DNA of 64,000 nt. Source: Gekko japonicus (Eukaryota). Below the pieces are notes generated by a model that ran no database searches, had not been told where the DNA came from, and saw only the letters and a list, made by a program, of their open reading frames with translations. The position numbers were made by a program, and so were the translations under genes. The DNA lies in assembly GCF_001447785.1 (NCBI RefSeq), contig NW_015166542.1, positions 85,267-149,266 on the forward strand, written 5' to 3'. Below, piece after piece: positions 36,164-49,159 of the stretch. The stretch's first letter is position 1; every line of letters starts with the position of its first letter.

Positions 36164-36865
36164 CTTAGGACAGTGTTACCTGACCGACACCCCTCGAGAG
36201 GAGAGGGCTGTATGTATACTGACAAAGCATCCAGGTGCCCCTTGCAGACACCCCCCCACCCCACCCCCAGCAGGCTGCTCTGGGTCCTCCCCTTTCCCGC
36301 TGGGCCAGAGGGGGCCGGCCGGCCTGTTCCCTGGACTTGCTGCTCTTTTGCCTGCCCAAACCCCGCTGGCCGTCCACCCGGAGTCCTGCAACAGGGGGGC
36401 CCTTGGCTGCTTTGCTCCCCGGATATGAAAGCATCCACCCGGCCTCCGGTGACTCCCCGCAGCACTGCTGCCTCCGAACCGGCACCTCGTCAGTCTCCAT
36501 AAACTCTTCCCTCCGTCACAGATGAGCCATTGGACTGGATTGGTGCCTGGAAGGCCCCCCTCCCGGATGCGTCTTTCTCGCCTCCTGCTCTCATTCGTGA
36601 CACTCCCAGACCCTGATTCTATTTGGTGAGGATTTATCAGCGCTCGGGGGAGGTTCTCCTTGCCTGTCCTGAACACGATTGGCTGGGGAACGTGGAAGAT
36701 TTTCTGCAGAGACAAACCTCAGTCCCTTCCTGTTATGTACGTGGACCGCCTCCAGGGGTCCGCGGACAGGCCAGAGCTTAGATCCAAAAACAAAGGAAAC
36801 TTCGGATCCTGGATTCCCCAGCCCCAACCAATAGCCACCTTGGCGGGACATTCAAACCCTCCAAT

Positions 36866-37085
36866 CAGGGCCGGCTCCAGCTTATTTTGCACCCTAGTCA
36901 AGGATCCCTTCTGCCCCCCCCCCGTGCACCCACCAATTTTCAAAAATAAATGCATTTTAGGAAGAATTAAAAACAGAAATAATGAAGAAACTCCCAGAGT
37001 ATGGGGCCAGGTGCAGTTTGGTGCCCCTAAGAGCCATCCCGCTCTAGGCGATCGCCTAGTTCGCCTAGTGAGTGAGCCGGCCCTG
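36866..37085 (+). mobile_element. hAT-like MITE family C copy
   Basis: TIR CAGGGCCGGCTC/GAGCCGGCCCTG; perfect 8-bp TSD CCTCCAAT. Confidence 0.88.
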
Positions 37086-37546
37086 CCTCCAATGGGAGTG
37101 GGGGTTGCTGGTGGATGTGTATATAGTTGGCCCTGTTGGCCGTTAGAGTCTTAGTCTTTGTATGTGTTAAGTACAATAAACGTGTGCTACAGCATGTCGT
37201 CTTCCGAGTCCTCCATGCAGCGAACCCAGTACTTTTCACTTCCCTTCCTCAGGACGGGGACTTTCCTTCTTCTTCTTCTGTTGTTGTTGTTGTTCTGCAA
37301 ATTAGTTTCTGGAGGGCTGAAGAGACTTTGCCAAAAAGAGGAATTAGGAGTGGCAGGATTAGACCTTGGGCTACGAGCCGCTGTGCAAGACTCTCCTGCG
37401 CACTCTGGGGCAGGTCTGGCGTCGCCTCTTGCACCTTTAGGGGGTGCTTTTTCCCCAGCGTCCACAGGACAGCCCTGTTGGTCTGCCGTAGGACAGCTAG
37501 GTTTGAGTGCAGGAGCACCCAAGAGACCAACCAGAGTTTCAGAGTA

Positions 37547-37758
37547 GAAGAAGAAGAAGAAGAGATTGGATTTATACCCCGCCCTTCACTTGGAGTCTCA
37601 GAGCGGCTTACAAAGTCCTTTCCCTTCCCCTCCCCACAACAGCTCTGGCAGAACTACGGCTTGCCCAAGGTCATCCAGCAGCTGCAAGTGGGGGAGCAGG
37701 GAATCAAACCCAGTTCTCCCAGATTAGAGTCCGCGCTCTTAACCACGACACCAAACTG
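37547..37758 (-). mobile_element. Squam3-like SINE (internally deleted)
   Basis: Same head and (TTC)n tail as the other copies. Confidence 0.75.
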
Positions 37759-38703
37759 GGTGGGAGCTTTTGGGAGCCAAAGATCTGGTCCCTGACAGAG
37801 GGCACTTTGTTCATGCCCCCAAGATCTTGTCAGTCTCTGAGATGCTACTGGGCTCAAATGAAGGGTGGGGGGATGTGTCCCCCTTCCCCACGTGCAGTGT
37901 TCCAGGCTGCCAGAGTCGGCATGTGTGGTGAGCAGGCTGGCCCCGAAAGACAAGGGCTGTGCCGTGGGACCACACGGGCTGCCGTTCCCATTGTGCCCCC
38001 CAGGAAGCGTCTGAAGGCCACAGAACAGCCGGCTCCTAAGAGGCCTCTGGGTCTTTTTTTATTGGACTGTCATTCTTGGCTTGGCATTCCAGGTCTCCTC
38101 CCTGTCGGGCATCTGCAGCGGGCGTGCCAAGCTGTTTCCAGACAGACTCCCTGCCTGGCATTCCTCTGCGGACGGGAGACGGGCCTCCTTTGGAGCACGG
38201 GGTGATGAGGCGAGCATCATTTGCCTGTGATGTGCACTCTTGGCACCAGGGTCCTCTTATCTGCCGCCTCTGGTCCACAGGCTTGCCAGGCTATGAAACC
38301 CGTTGAGCCGAGATGATCGCAGGATGAGTGTGCCTCTTTCGCACTCCCTCCACCTCTCACCCCCACACCCTGAGTCACTCTCCTCCTATCTCAGTGCTGC
38401 TGTGTCCCAGATGAAGTCCTGCCGGAAAGGATTTTGAAAGGAAGGGGAATCAGGTCGCTCCTCGTAGGCCTGGGCAGGGCGCTGGGCCTCTGTGCTGCCT
38501 GCCTTCGGAATGCCAGCCGCTCCCTTAAGCCGGTAGTTCTGTTCTGAGCTTGTTCTCTGTTGGGCCCCAGGCAAAGGGGGGGGGGGTTGGGCCAGGGGGA
38601 TGAGATTGGCTGGCCCAGAAGGCCCCTCTCCTGTTGAATGACTGGCTGTGGCCAGTGGAGGAATCTTCTCTGTCCTTTCACTGCTAGCTTTGCTGTAGTT
38701 TTG

Positions 38704-39017
38704 GAGCCAGTTTGGTGTCGCAGTTAAGAGCGCAGACTCTAATCTGGGAGAACCGGGTTTGATTCCCCCACTCATCCACTTGCAGCTGCTGGTGTGACCT
38801 TGGGTCAGTCACAAGTTCTTTCGGAGCTGTTCTCTCAAGGGCGGTCCTCGAAAGAGCTCTCTCAGCCCCGCCTACCTCACAGGGTGTCTGTTGTGGGGAG
38901 GGGAAGGGAGAGGAGACGGTAAGCCACTCTGAGACTCCTTTGGGTAGTGAAGGGCATGGGGTATAAATCCAATCTCTTCTTCTTCTTCTTCTTCTTCTTC
39001 TTCTTCTTCTTCTTCTT
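38704..39017 (+). mobile_element. Squam3-like SINE with a long (TTC)n tail
   Basis: GAGCCAGTTTGGTGTCGCAGTTAAG head; (TTC)~14 tail. Confidence 0.85.
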
Positions 39018-40426
39018 CGGATCCTCTACTGGGCTTCACCCCCACCTGTCTCTCGAGGAACCTCACTGGAATCCCTTCCACCTGCTCCCCCACCCCACCC
39101 CAAGTCTTGCATCTCCAACTCCTCCTGGAGTATTTCTGCTGGAATGTCTCAAGTCTCTCCGTCAAGTTCAGTATGTCCCAGAATTAACAGCTCCTCTTTG
39201 TTTCCTGTCCTCGGTGGGTGTCTCTCCGTGTCCTCAACCAGATCTACCCTCTTCCCTGGGCTTGCTCTTTCATCTCTTCTTCTCCGCTGCCCCACAGAGC
39301 CCTCCCATCGCAACCTTATCATCTCCTTGCCATCCTGCCTCTCCTTGATGTCCCGTCTGCCTCAGCTCCTGGTCTGGGACCTACCCCCTTGGGACGCCTC
39401 CTGGGAACCCTGTTTTCCCGGCCCAGGGGGGCTTCAGTGGGTGGTCCCTCTGCTCCCTCCGTCGCAGTAGCCTTCCAAAATAGGCAGAGTTTTTAATTTT
39501 AAAAAATCTGTCCTGGGTGAGCTCCGAAATCCCTGCACGCTCTCAGGGTGGACAAAAAAACCTCCGAAAGGCGTCCGTTGGCCAGGGTCTCTCCCAGCCC
39601 GGCTGTGCTGTTGCAGCTGTTTCTACCTATTCGTGCATTTTCCATTTTTTTAAAAGAAAGGAGAAGAATGTGTCGCTGTATAGTTTTTCAAGGGAACGAC
39701 TCTTCTGGTGCATGGCAGGGGGGCACACTTCCTCGCTATGAGAAGCATCTTGCTGGACCCACCATTCAGTTTGTCCGTGGGCATCATGCAGGCTGTGAAG
39801 GCGGTTTCATGCCAGGGCTGAAAACCCCGGGGGGGGGGGATTGGGGGCTATGGGGGGAGGCAAGGAAGTTGCACTCTGCACAAAACCAGCCTTCTGTCCA
39901 CAGAAAAGCTCCGGTGGATCCCAGCCTGTGCTTTCCGGGTTTATCTTCCATGTTAAACTGCAACCTGGCTTTGTCTTCAGCAGCAAAATTTATCTCGTGG
40001 CCACTAAAACACCTGGAACTCTCTCGACTGATTGGGCTTGGAGGACTTGAACCTAGAATTATAGAATTTTAAAAGTTGGGAGGGGTCTAAAGACCAGCCA
40101 GTCCAACCCCCTGGCCCCACGCAGGACGACCGAGAGCATCCCGTGTCTGCTTAGAAACCTCCAAGGAAGGAGAACTCACAACATCCCTGGGCAACCGAGT
40201 CCACCCCTGCACTGCCCTTATTGTTAAAAAGTTTTTCTAGCACCGCCCTAACCATAATTTAAACCCATTATTATGGGTCCTATCCTCCAGTATCAACTGA
40301 GATGGCGCCCTGCCCTCCTTTAAATGACAGTGTGAGGTGCCCGCAAATTGCTTCTGACCTATGGCGAACCCTATGAATTCATGACCTCCAAAAAATCCCA
40401 TCATCAACAGCCTTGCCGTGGCTTCA

Positions 40427-40697
40427 GAGCCAGTGCTGGTGTCGTGGTTAAGTGCGCGGATTGTAATCTGGGAGAACCGGGTTTGATTCCCCACTCCTCC
40501 ACTTGCAGCTGCTGGATGACCTTGGGCAAGCCGTAGTTCTGTCAGAGCTGTCCTTGAAAGGGCAGTTCTTGAAAGAGCTCTCTCTGCCCCACCCACCTCA
40601 CAGGGTGTCTGTGGTGGGGAGGGGGAGGGAAAGGAGTTTGCAAGACGCTCTGAGACTCCAAGTGAAGGGCGGGGTATAAATCCAATCTCTTCTCTTC
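40427..40697 (+). mobile_element. Squam3-like SINE
   Basis: Family head and tail. Confidence 0.8.
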
Positions 40698-40699
40698 CT

Positions 40700-42000
40700 A
40701 ATGTGAACGCTTCCTCTTTTCCTGCTGCCTTTGACTTTTCCTAAGATTTCCATCTTTTCCAGGGACTCTTGTCTTTCTCATCATGTAACCAAAGAATGAC
40801 AGCCTCAGTTTCATAACTTTAGCTCCCAGGGAGAGTCCAGGCTTGGCTCGATCTAGAACCCATTTGTGTGTCTTTTAGGCAGTCCACCGTGTCTGTATGA
40901 CCCTCCTCCAACAACCACATTTCAAATGAATCCACTTTCTTCCCGTCAGCTTTCTTCATTGTCCAACATTCACACCTATGCATAGTAATAGGCAATGCTG
41001 TGGCATGAATTATCTTGGTCTTGGTCGACACGTCCCGACACTTCAGAATCTTTTCCGGCTCCTTCATGGTTGCCCTTCCCAGTCTCAGCCTCCTTCTGAT
41101 TTCTTGGTTGCCGTCTCCTGTTTGGTTGATGCTGAAGCCAAGGAACAGAGAACCTTGAACAACTTCAGTCTCTCCCTTGTCAGTCAACAGGCAGCTGTGT
41201 TGGTCTGCTGTAGAACAGTGAGATTCAAATCCAGCAGCATCTTAAAGAGACCGACCAGATTTCCCGGGTCTGAGCTCTGGAGAGTCAAACCTCCCTTTCA
41301 TCAGATACAGGCTGGGATAGAGTTCCCGGAGTCCTTTTCTCCCAGTGCTGCCTGTCAAAAAGGTGGGAGGGGTGCTGTAAAGAAGGCTTGTAAAAGATGC
41401 AGGGCTACAATGTGTGTTGTAGTCAGATGGATTAGAGTACTTGGGGGCAGAAAGTTAGCATCTGTGGTGACATAGGAGTCCTAGGTCCCTATTCAGTCCC
41501 GGGGGGGTTCCATTGTTCAGAACAAAATTTTGCCACTCCCCCCCCCAATTTCTACTCTACTCGTGTCAGATAAAAAGAGCTTTGGCGCTTGAAAGTTTAT
41601 ACCCTGAAACTCTGGTAGGTTGTTGAGGTGCTACTGGACTAGAATCCAAGAGTTGTGCAATTCCCTGGCAGTCATTACTTTTGTCTTCTCAGCTGTAATC
41701 CTGCTGTGCCACTTTCTGCTCTAACCTGCATCAGGAGTCGTTTCCAGCCTCCACTGTCTTCTGCCCATAATGTGGCGTTATCTGCATATCTCAAGCTGTT
41801 AAGATTCCTTCCGTCAATTTCCACTCCACCTTCATCTGCATCTAATCTAATTTTCCTTATGATAGGTTCTGCATTTAGATTGAAGAGATGGGGAGATAAA
41901 ACACATCCCTGTCTGACGTCTTTGCCAATTGGGAACCACTCTGCTCTTCCATAGAGTCTGATTTAGCAGCGGCCTCTTGCCCAGAGTACAGGTTGCACAT
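40700..42000 (-). mobile_element. Old RTE-clade LINE fragment interrupted by a Penelope-like remnant (~41188-41650)
   Basis: QEIRRRLRLGRATM...KVDSFEMW. The reverse strand of 41690-42000 has RQGCVLSP and YADN-type RT motifs. The insert has inverted termini. Confidence 0.7.
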
Positions 42001-42565
42001 CACAGAATCATAGAATGTTAGAGTTGGAAGGGACCTTGCAGGTCATCTAGTCCAGCCCCCTGCACTCTGCAGGAGCACAGCCGAAAGATAGCCTTAGAAC
42101 ATACCCGAAAGAGGGTCGCCCAGCCTCCGCTTGAAAACATCCAGCGAAGGAGCATCCACTACCTCCCAAGGCAGTCTGCTCCACTGCTCAACCACTCTGA
42201 GTTAGGAAGTTTCTCCTGATATTTAGCCAGTATCGACTCCCTTGTAATTTCCACCCATTAGACCTAGTCTTGCAATTTGGAGCAAGAGAGAACAGATCTG
42301 CTCCATCTTCTACATGACAGCCCTTCAAATACTTGCAGACTGCAATCATGTCCCCTCGAAGCCTTCTCTTTCCCAGGCTAAACATACCCAACTCTTTCAG
42401 CCTTTCCTCGTAAGACTTTGATTCCAACCCTCTCACCATCCTGGTTGCCCTCTTCTGGACACGCTCGAGCTTGTCAACATCCTTCCTCAAATGTGGCACC
42501 CAAAACTGGACACCGTACTCCAGGTGAGGCCTGACCATAGTAGAATAGAACGGAACAACCACCTC
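42001..42565 (-). mobile_element. CR1 LINE 3' fragment (second family, TTCTATGA tail)
   Basis: VRPHLEYGVQFWVPHLRKDVDKLERVQKRATRMV. Confidence 0.9.
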
Positions 42566-43205
42566 CTGTGATCAGAACAATCATGTGGCATGGCACGCCC
42601 ATTTCTTTTAAAACCAACCATAACATAAAGTTTCTATTAAAAAGCCTCCAGAACTTTACCAAATCGAATTCTTATAGTAGGCTTACTGATATTTTTGCTA
42701 GCTTTTAGAATGCACAACTAACCCTATCATTTTGTTACATGAACCTTTTCATTCTGAATTGCATATCACTGAACATTTCTGTTGGGCCCAGCCCGAGAAA
42801 GTTCAACAAGCAGTTGTATTTTATGGACTGGTTTATGGAGAATAAACTGAGAATGAACCGGCGTGGGGTTCTCTGTCCTCTCCCTAGCCACGCCCATGGA
42901 GGGCCTGAATACAAGAGAGGAAACTGAAAATGTTAGGCAATTTCCTTGTGGGTTTTGTTTACTTTGGTGTAATGTGGTTCCTTTCTCAAGGCCAAATGCT
43001 CTGTCAGGCAGTTACCATCAGGGGTCATTTTCTGCAGGAGTGCACAGGAGTGGAGCTCTGGCAGTAAAGAGCCCAGGGGGGCGGGCACATGCAACAAGCC
43101 CCACCCCCTGCTCCCAGCAGCCCTCAGTCAGAGCAAGAAGCAGCCAGGTAAGTTGTAGAGCCCCCCCCCCATTGGTCCAAAACAGTCCAGTGGCAACTTT
43201 AAGAG

Positions 43206-43412
43206 AGCCAGTTTGGTGTAGTGGTTAAGTGCGCGGACTCTAATCTGGGAGAACCGGGTTTGATTCCCCACTCCTCTACTTGCACCTGCTGATGTGACCT
43301 TGGGTCAGTCACAAGCTCTGGCACAGCTGTTCCTGAAAGAGCAGTTTGTGTCAGAGTTCTCTCAGCCCCACCCACCTCACAGGGTGCCTGTTGTGGGGAG
43401 GGGAAGGGAAAG
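43206..43412 (+). mobile_element. Squam3-like SINE, 3' truncated
   Basis: Family head; stops at the next element. Confidence 0.75.
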
Positions 43413-43854
43413 TGTTGGGTATTACAAGTTGAAAACGCTCAGTATATCTGGAGTTAAATGTTTGTTTATGTTACTCACAGGAAGTCACGTGTTTCTCATG
43501 TAACCAATGTTCTTTAGATGTAGAATGCCCGGGAATTTTCTCCCTGATCTAGGAATTTGATTGGGACTAAAGTGTCAAGGTGTATTACCATTTTATGGCT
43601 TCTCTTCCCGTCTTTGTTTTGGTGTTCTGAAGAAGAAGAAGAGTAGCCATACTCTCTCTCTCTTCTAGTTTTGTCTTTGTAGAGTAAGGATGTAGCCGAC
43701 TATGCTCTGTTGTTATTTTCATCCGAGTTACCCTTCCCGTGCTAGAATTTAGTAAAAACGTTATATTTTAATCACACATGGACTCTCAGTCTGAATTATC
43801 TTACTCTGTCTCTGCTGGATCATCTTATCTCTGCTAAATACCATTTTTTCAACA
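43413..43854 (+). mobile_element. Possible solo LTR (442 bp)
   Basis: TGTTG...CAACA termini, AT-rich, AGTAAA signal; no TSD seen. Confidence 0.45.
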
Positions 43855-43929
43855 TCTCACTATCACCCAACAAATGCTGACAGTAGTTAACTGAGACCCT
43901 GCCAATACGCTGAGAGGAGACGGATGGAG

Positions 43930-44889
43930 CTTCTCTCCCTTTCTCACAATGCAAGAACTCCTTGTGGGCACTCCATGAAATTGCTGAGCGGTCGGGTTAG
44001 AACGGATAAAAGGAAGTCCTTGTACACTCAAAGAGAGATTCACACACGGAATTCACTGCCGCAGGAGGTGGTGGCGGCTACAAGCATGGACAGATTCAAG
44101 AGGGAATTGGATAAGCATATGGAGCAGAGGTCCATCAGTGGCTGTTAGCCACGAGGTATAGATAGGGACTCCGGGGCAAGGGATGCTCTGTCTTCTTGGT
44201 GCTTGGGGGGGGGGGCAATAGTGTGAGGGCTCCTAGTGTCCTGGCCCCAGTGCTGGGCCTCCTGATGGCACCGGATACTTTCGGCCCGTATGACACAGAA
44301 GAGTGTTGGACTGGATGGGCTGTTGGCCTGATCCAACATTGGCTTCTCTTATGTTCTTATAGGAGGGAACTGGATGAACATATGGAGCAGAGGTCTATTA
44401 GTGGCTATTAGCCAGAAGGTATATAGATAGGAACTCTCAGTCTGGGGCAAGTGATGCTCTGTATTCTTGGTGCTGGGGGGGGGCAACAGTGGGAGGGGCT
44501 CCTAGTGTCCTGGCCCCACTGCTGGACCTCCTGATGGCACCGGATACTTTCAGCCACTGTGTGACCCAGAGTGTTGGGCTGGAGGGGCCATTGGCCTGAT
44601 CCAACACTGGCTTATGTTCTTATAGGAGAGAACTGGATGAACATATGGAGCAGAGGTCCATCAGTGGCTCTTAGCCACAGTGTATAGACAGGAACTCTCA
44701 GTCTGGGGCAAGTGATGCTCTGTATTCTTGGTGCTGGGGGGGGCAACAGTGGGAGGGGCTCCTAGTGTCCTGGCCCCACTGCTGGACCTCCTGATGGCAC
44801 CGGATACTTTCGGCCACTGTGTGACCCAGAGTGTTGGGCTGGAGGGGCCATTGGCCTGATCCAACACTGGCTTCTCTTATGTTCTTATG
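43930..44889 (+). mobile_element. CR1 3' fragment with three tandem 3'-end units (~263 bp)
   Basis: Units end in TTATGTTCTTAT at ~44360, 44623 and 44889. Confidence 0.85.
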
Positions 44890-45431
44890 ATATGGTTCCC
44901 ATCCTCCAGGGGGTGGCTGGAGATCCCCTGGGATTACAACTGACCTCCAGGTGACAGAGATCTGTTTCCCTGGAGAAAGTGGCTGCTCTGAAAAGTGGAC
45001 TCTATGGCATGATGGTTTCTCCCCTCCCCAAGCCCCACCCTCCCTAGGCCCCACCCCCAAAATCTCCAGGGATTTCCCAGCTCGGAGCTGGCAGCCCTAC
45101 GTACTGAGTGTGCCCCTGCTCGGCCAGCTTGGCCACACCGTTACCTGTGCCGCTAGTTTGGCATATAGCAACTCTGCGATTGACAGGGGCTGACTGACAG
45201 GAACGCATCTTGCTTATTGTAGCAATGACACCAGCTGCCCACATTAAATTCATGTTGCTAGTTATGGCCTTTAAATCCCTCCCAGCCTGAGTCCCACAGA
45301 TCTAAAGGAACTGGGTTTCCCCATGTTGTGCCAACTGGTGTCCTCTGGCTGGTCTCTCGTTCTAGCTTGCTTGTCTGGTCCTTTTCAGTAGCAGCCTCCG
45401 CCCTGTGGAGTGGGCTTCCTGGGAAGGGGGA

Positions 45432-46020
45432 GGGGCCATGGCTCAGTGGTGTAGAGTCTCTGCCTGGCATGCAGAAGGTCCCAGGTTCAATCCCCGGCAG
45501 CACCTCCAGTTAAAAGGACCAGGCAGCAGGTGATGGGAAAGACCTCCGCCTGAGACCCTGGAGAGCTGAAAAGAGGGACTGTGGCTCAGTGGCAGAGCCT
45601 CTGCATGGCATGCAGAAGGTCCCAGGTTCAATCCCCAGCATCTCCAGTTAAAAGGACCAGGCAGCAGGTGATGGGAAAGACCTCCACCTGAGACCCTGGA
45701 GAGCTGTAAAGAGGGGCTGTGGCCCAGTGGCAGAGTCTCTGCTTGGCATGCAGGAGGTCCCAGGTTCAATCCTCGGCATCTCCGGTTAAAAGGACCAGGC
45801 AGTGGGTGATGGGAAAGACCTCCGCCTGAGACCCTGGAGAGCTGTAAAGAGGGGCTTTGGCTCAGTGGCAGAGCCTCTGCATGGCATGCAGAAGGTCCCA
45901 GGTTCAATCCCCGGCATCTCCAGTTAAAAGGACCAGGCAGCAGGTGATGTGAAAGACCTCGACCTGAGACCCTGGAGAATTGCGGCCAGTTTGAGTAGAC
46001 AACGCTGACCTTGATGGGCC
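45432..46020 (+). repeat. Four tandem 138-bp tRNA-derived SINE heads
   Basis: Units at ~45432, 45575, 45713 and 45851, each with A box TGGCTCAGTGG and B box GGTTCAATCC. Only the last unit continues into a tail. Dispersed relatives at ~23993, 50600 and 56040. Confidence 0.85.
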
Positions 46021-46339
46021 TAGCGTCTTACGTGCATGAGAGGGTACTGTCCTTAGACTATACAACCTAAAGCAATACAGCTACCTTTACAATTGAAGAT
46101 ATGAACAAAAAGGAAATATTTGACTCTGCCCAAGGCTGGTCAGCTATTGCTGCAACAATAAGAACCAACAGGAGAAGAAGATAAAGAGAAGAAAATTGCA
46201 ACAAAGGAAGAGAAGATGAGACAGCAATTACATTCACTGAAGAAGACTCAGTTTTAAGATGGGGGGAGGGAGGCCATGAAGTGGGGAACAAAAACGTTTA
46301 AAGAAAAAAGAGATGCTGATGTTTCCTGATGTTTACACT

Positions 46340-47040
46340 AGTGAATTTCATTTATGCTCTTGTTGTTGTTGTTCAGTCGCACAGTCGAGTCCGACTCTTC
46401 GCGACCCCATGGACCAGATCACGCCAGGCCTTCCAGTCTTCCGCAGTCCTCTGAAGTTGGCTCAACTTCGTGTTCGTTGCATCAATGACACTGTCCAACC
46501 CTCTCATCCTTTGCCGTCCCCGTCTTCTTTGACCTTCAATCTTTCCCAGCATCAGGGTCTTCTCCAGTGAGTGTTCCTTCTCATTGGGTGGCCAAAGTAT
46601 TTGAGTTTCAGTTTCATTATCTGGCTTTCCAGGGAACAGTCAGGGTTGATTTCTTTTAGGATGGACTGATTGGATCTCCTTGCAGTCCAAGGGACTCTCA
46701 AGAGTCTTCTCCAGCACCATAGTTCAAAAGAATCTATTCTTCGGTGCTCGGCCTTCCTGATAGTCCAACTCTCGCAGCCATACATGACTACTGGGAATAC
46801 CATTGCTTTGACCATGCGGACTTTTGTTGGCAGGGTGATGTCTCTACTTTTTATCATGCTGTTTAGGTTCGCCATCGCTTTCCTCCCAAGGAGCAGGCGT
46901 CTTTTAATTTCATGGCTGCTGTCACAGTCTGCGGTGATCTGGGATCCCAGGAACGTGAAGTCTGTCACTACTTCCATGACTTCCCCTTCTATTTGCCAAG
47001 GAGTGATGGGGCCGGATGCCATGATCTTAGTTTTTTTGTC
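46340..47040 (-). mobile_element. BovB 3' fragment
   Basis: KTKIMASGPITPWQIEGE...; closely similar to 30100-30730; (CAA)n tail. Confidence 0.93.
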
Positions 47041-47102
47041 AGATTTGCTGGGATTGATGATAGAAGCGACACCTTGATTGTTCACCTTCAACAAACTCCT
47101 GA

Positions 47103-47377
47103 GAGCCAGTTTGGTACAGTGGTTAAGTGTGCGGACTCTAATCTGGGAGAACCGGGTTTGATTCCCCACTCCTCCACTCGCACCTGCTGGATGACCTTGG
47201 GCAAGCCACAGTTCTGCCAGAGGTATCCTTGGAAAAGAGCCGTTTCTGTCAGAGCTCTCTCAGCCCCACCTGCCTCACAGGGTGTCTGTTGTGGGGAGGG
47301 GAAGGGAAAGGAGTTTTTAAGCCGCTCTGAGACTCCAAGTGAAGGGTGGGGTATAAATCCAATCTCTTCTTCTTCTT
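47103..47377 (+). mobile_element. Squam3-like SINE
   Basis: Family head and (TTC)n tail. Confidence 0.85.
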
Positions 47378-47589
47378 AACAAATATTGTTTAAAAAGCTA
47401 GCATGCATGACTTTTATCTCTTGGGTTTTTTGTGGTTTTCTTTACTTTCTCCCATAGTTTATAGATTCCCCTCCCTTGATTTCTTGTAGTTTATTTAGAA
47501 AATGCAATACAAAATTCAGCCCTTTGGGGGTTGTTAAAGAGAGAGAGGGGGGGGGGTACTGTCCTCAGGGGTACTGAGTAGGTAGGAGG

Positions 47590-47853
47590 TGGGATTTATA
47601 CCCCGTGGCCCTTCACTACCAGAAGGTGTCCCAGAGCAGCTTACAAACTTCTCTCCCTTCCCCTCCCCACAACAGACACCCCCTGTGAGGTAGGCAGGGC
47701 TGAGAGAGCTCTGAGAGAAACTGCTCTTTTTCAAGGAAAGCTCTTATGGCTTTCCCAAGGTCATCCAGCCAGGTGCAAGTGGAGGAGTGGGGAATCAAAC
47801 CCAGTTCTCCCAGATTAGAGTCCGTGCACTTAACCACTACACCGAACTGGCTC
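47590..47853 (-). mobile_element. Squam3-like SINE
   Basis: Family head and tail, inverted relative to the previous copy. Confidence 0.8.
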
Positions 47854-48330
47854 TCTGTAAGGTACTGTAAGTATGTTTTATTTGCTATGGCTTTTAGTGG
47901 AATCTGAGCCGCAGGTGTCTTCCAGGGGTGGGTGTTCAGGGTTTTATTTTAGAACTGTAAGCTGCCTTGAGTCCCAAGGAAAAGGCCAGACAGAGATACT
48001 TTTAATAAATAAAAATGGGAAGTGAGATATTTGCATGTAAATGAGCATCAGGAGTCTCTGTAAACTCTGTATTTGCATTACAAATGAGTTCAAAAGCAAG
48101 AGCAGCTTCACGCCTCAAGGAAGGCCCTGCCCTTCGAACTTGGCAACGCTGCGGTTTGTTGACGTTCACGCAGGGCGTCGGGTAGGTTTGCCTCAAGCCC
48201 TGAACGTGGCCGCAGAGCCCTCTGGAAGCAGGGCATGGGCCATGCCCTTGCATGACTTGATCTTGGCCACTGCCGTGGGCACCTCATGAGAGCCAGAGAG
48301 CGAGCACCTTCGAGGCCCACTGCTCTGGAT

Positions 48331-48798
48331 CATAGAATCATGGAATGTTAGAGTTGGAAGGGACCTTGCAGGTCATCTAGTCCAACCCCCTGCACTCTGC
48401 AGGAGCAGAGCCGAAAGAGAGCCCTACAACATACCCGGAAGAGGGTCGTCCAGCCTCTGCTTGGAAACGTCCAGCGAAGGAGCCTCTACCACCTCCCGGG
48501 GCAGTCTGTTCTGCCGCTCAACCACCCTTACAGCCAGGAAGTCTCTCCTGATATTGAGCCAGTAACGACTCCCTTGTAATTTCCACCCATTAGATCTAGT
48601 CTTGCAATCCAGAGCAAGAGAGAATAGATCCGCTCCATCTTCCACACGACAGCCCTTCAGATACCTGAAGACTGCAATTGTGTCCCCTCTAAGCCTTCTC
48701 TTTCCCAGGCTAAACAGACCCAACTCTTTCAGCCTTACCTCCTAAGACTTGGATTCCAACCCTCTCACCATCCTGGTTGCCCTCTTCTGGACACGCTC
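48331..48798 (-). mobile_element. CR1 3' fragment (second family)
   Basis: GLFSLGKRRLRGDTIAVFRYLKG. Confidence 0.88.
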
Positions 48799-48867
48799 GC
48801 GCTTTTTAGGCTGTTGCGTGGAAGGGACTGGGCCTGTGGCTGTTGCTTACTCCACCAAGAGACAGAG

Positions 48868-49159
48868 AGGAGGAGGAGGAGGAGGAGGAGGAGGCGGAGA
48901 AAAATTGGATTTATACCCAGACCTTCACTTGGAGTTTCAGAGTGGCTTACAATCTCCTTCCCTTCCACTCCCCACAACAGACACCCTGTATGGTAGGTGG
49001 GACCAAGAGAGCTCTTTCAAGAACTGCTCTTGAGAGAACAGCTCTGAGAAAACTTTTGACCAACTCAAGGTCACCCAGCAGCTGCATGTGGAGGAGTGGG
49101 GAATCAAACCCCATTCTCCAGATTAGAGTCTGCCACTCTTAACCACTACACCAAACTGG
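48868..49159 (-). mobile_element. Squam3-like SINE with a (TCC)n tail
   Basis: Family head and tail. Confidence 0.8.

Noticed and set aside
39020-39480. Coding-like purine-rich stretch on the minus strand
   Set aside because: Short open frames, no recognisable protein and no convincing splice pair.
41250-41310. Hammerhead ribozyme in a Penelope-like remnant (minus-strand CTGATGA core)
   Set aside because: The required GAAA is mutated; the related copies at ~15630 and ~41565 are also incomplete.
45432-46020. tRNA gene cluster
   Set aside because: The tRNA-like heads continue into SINE body sequence, differ between units and lack terminators.
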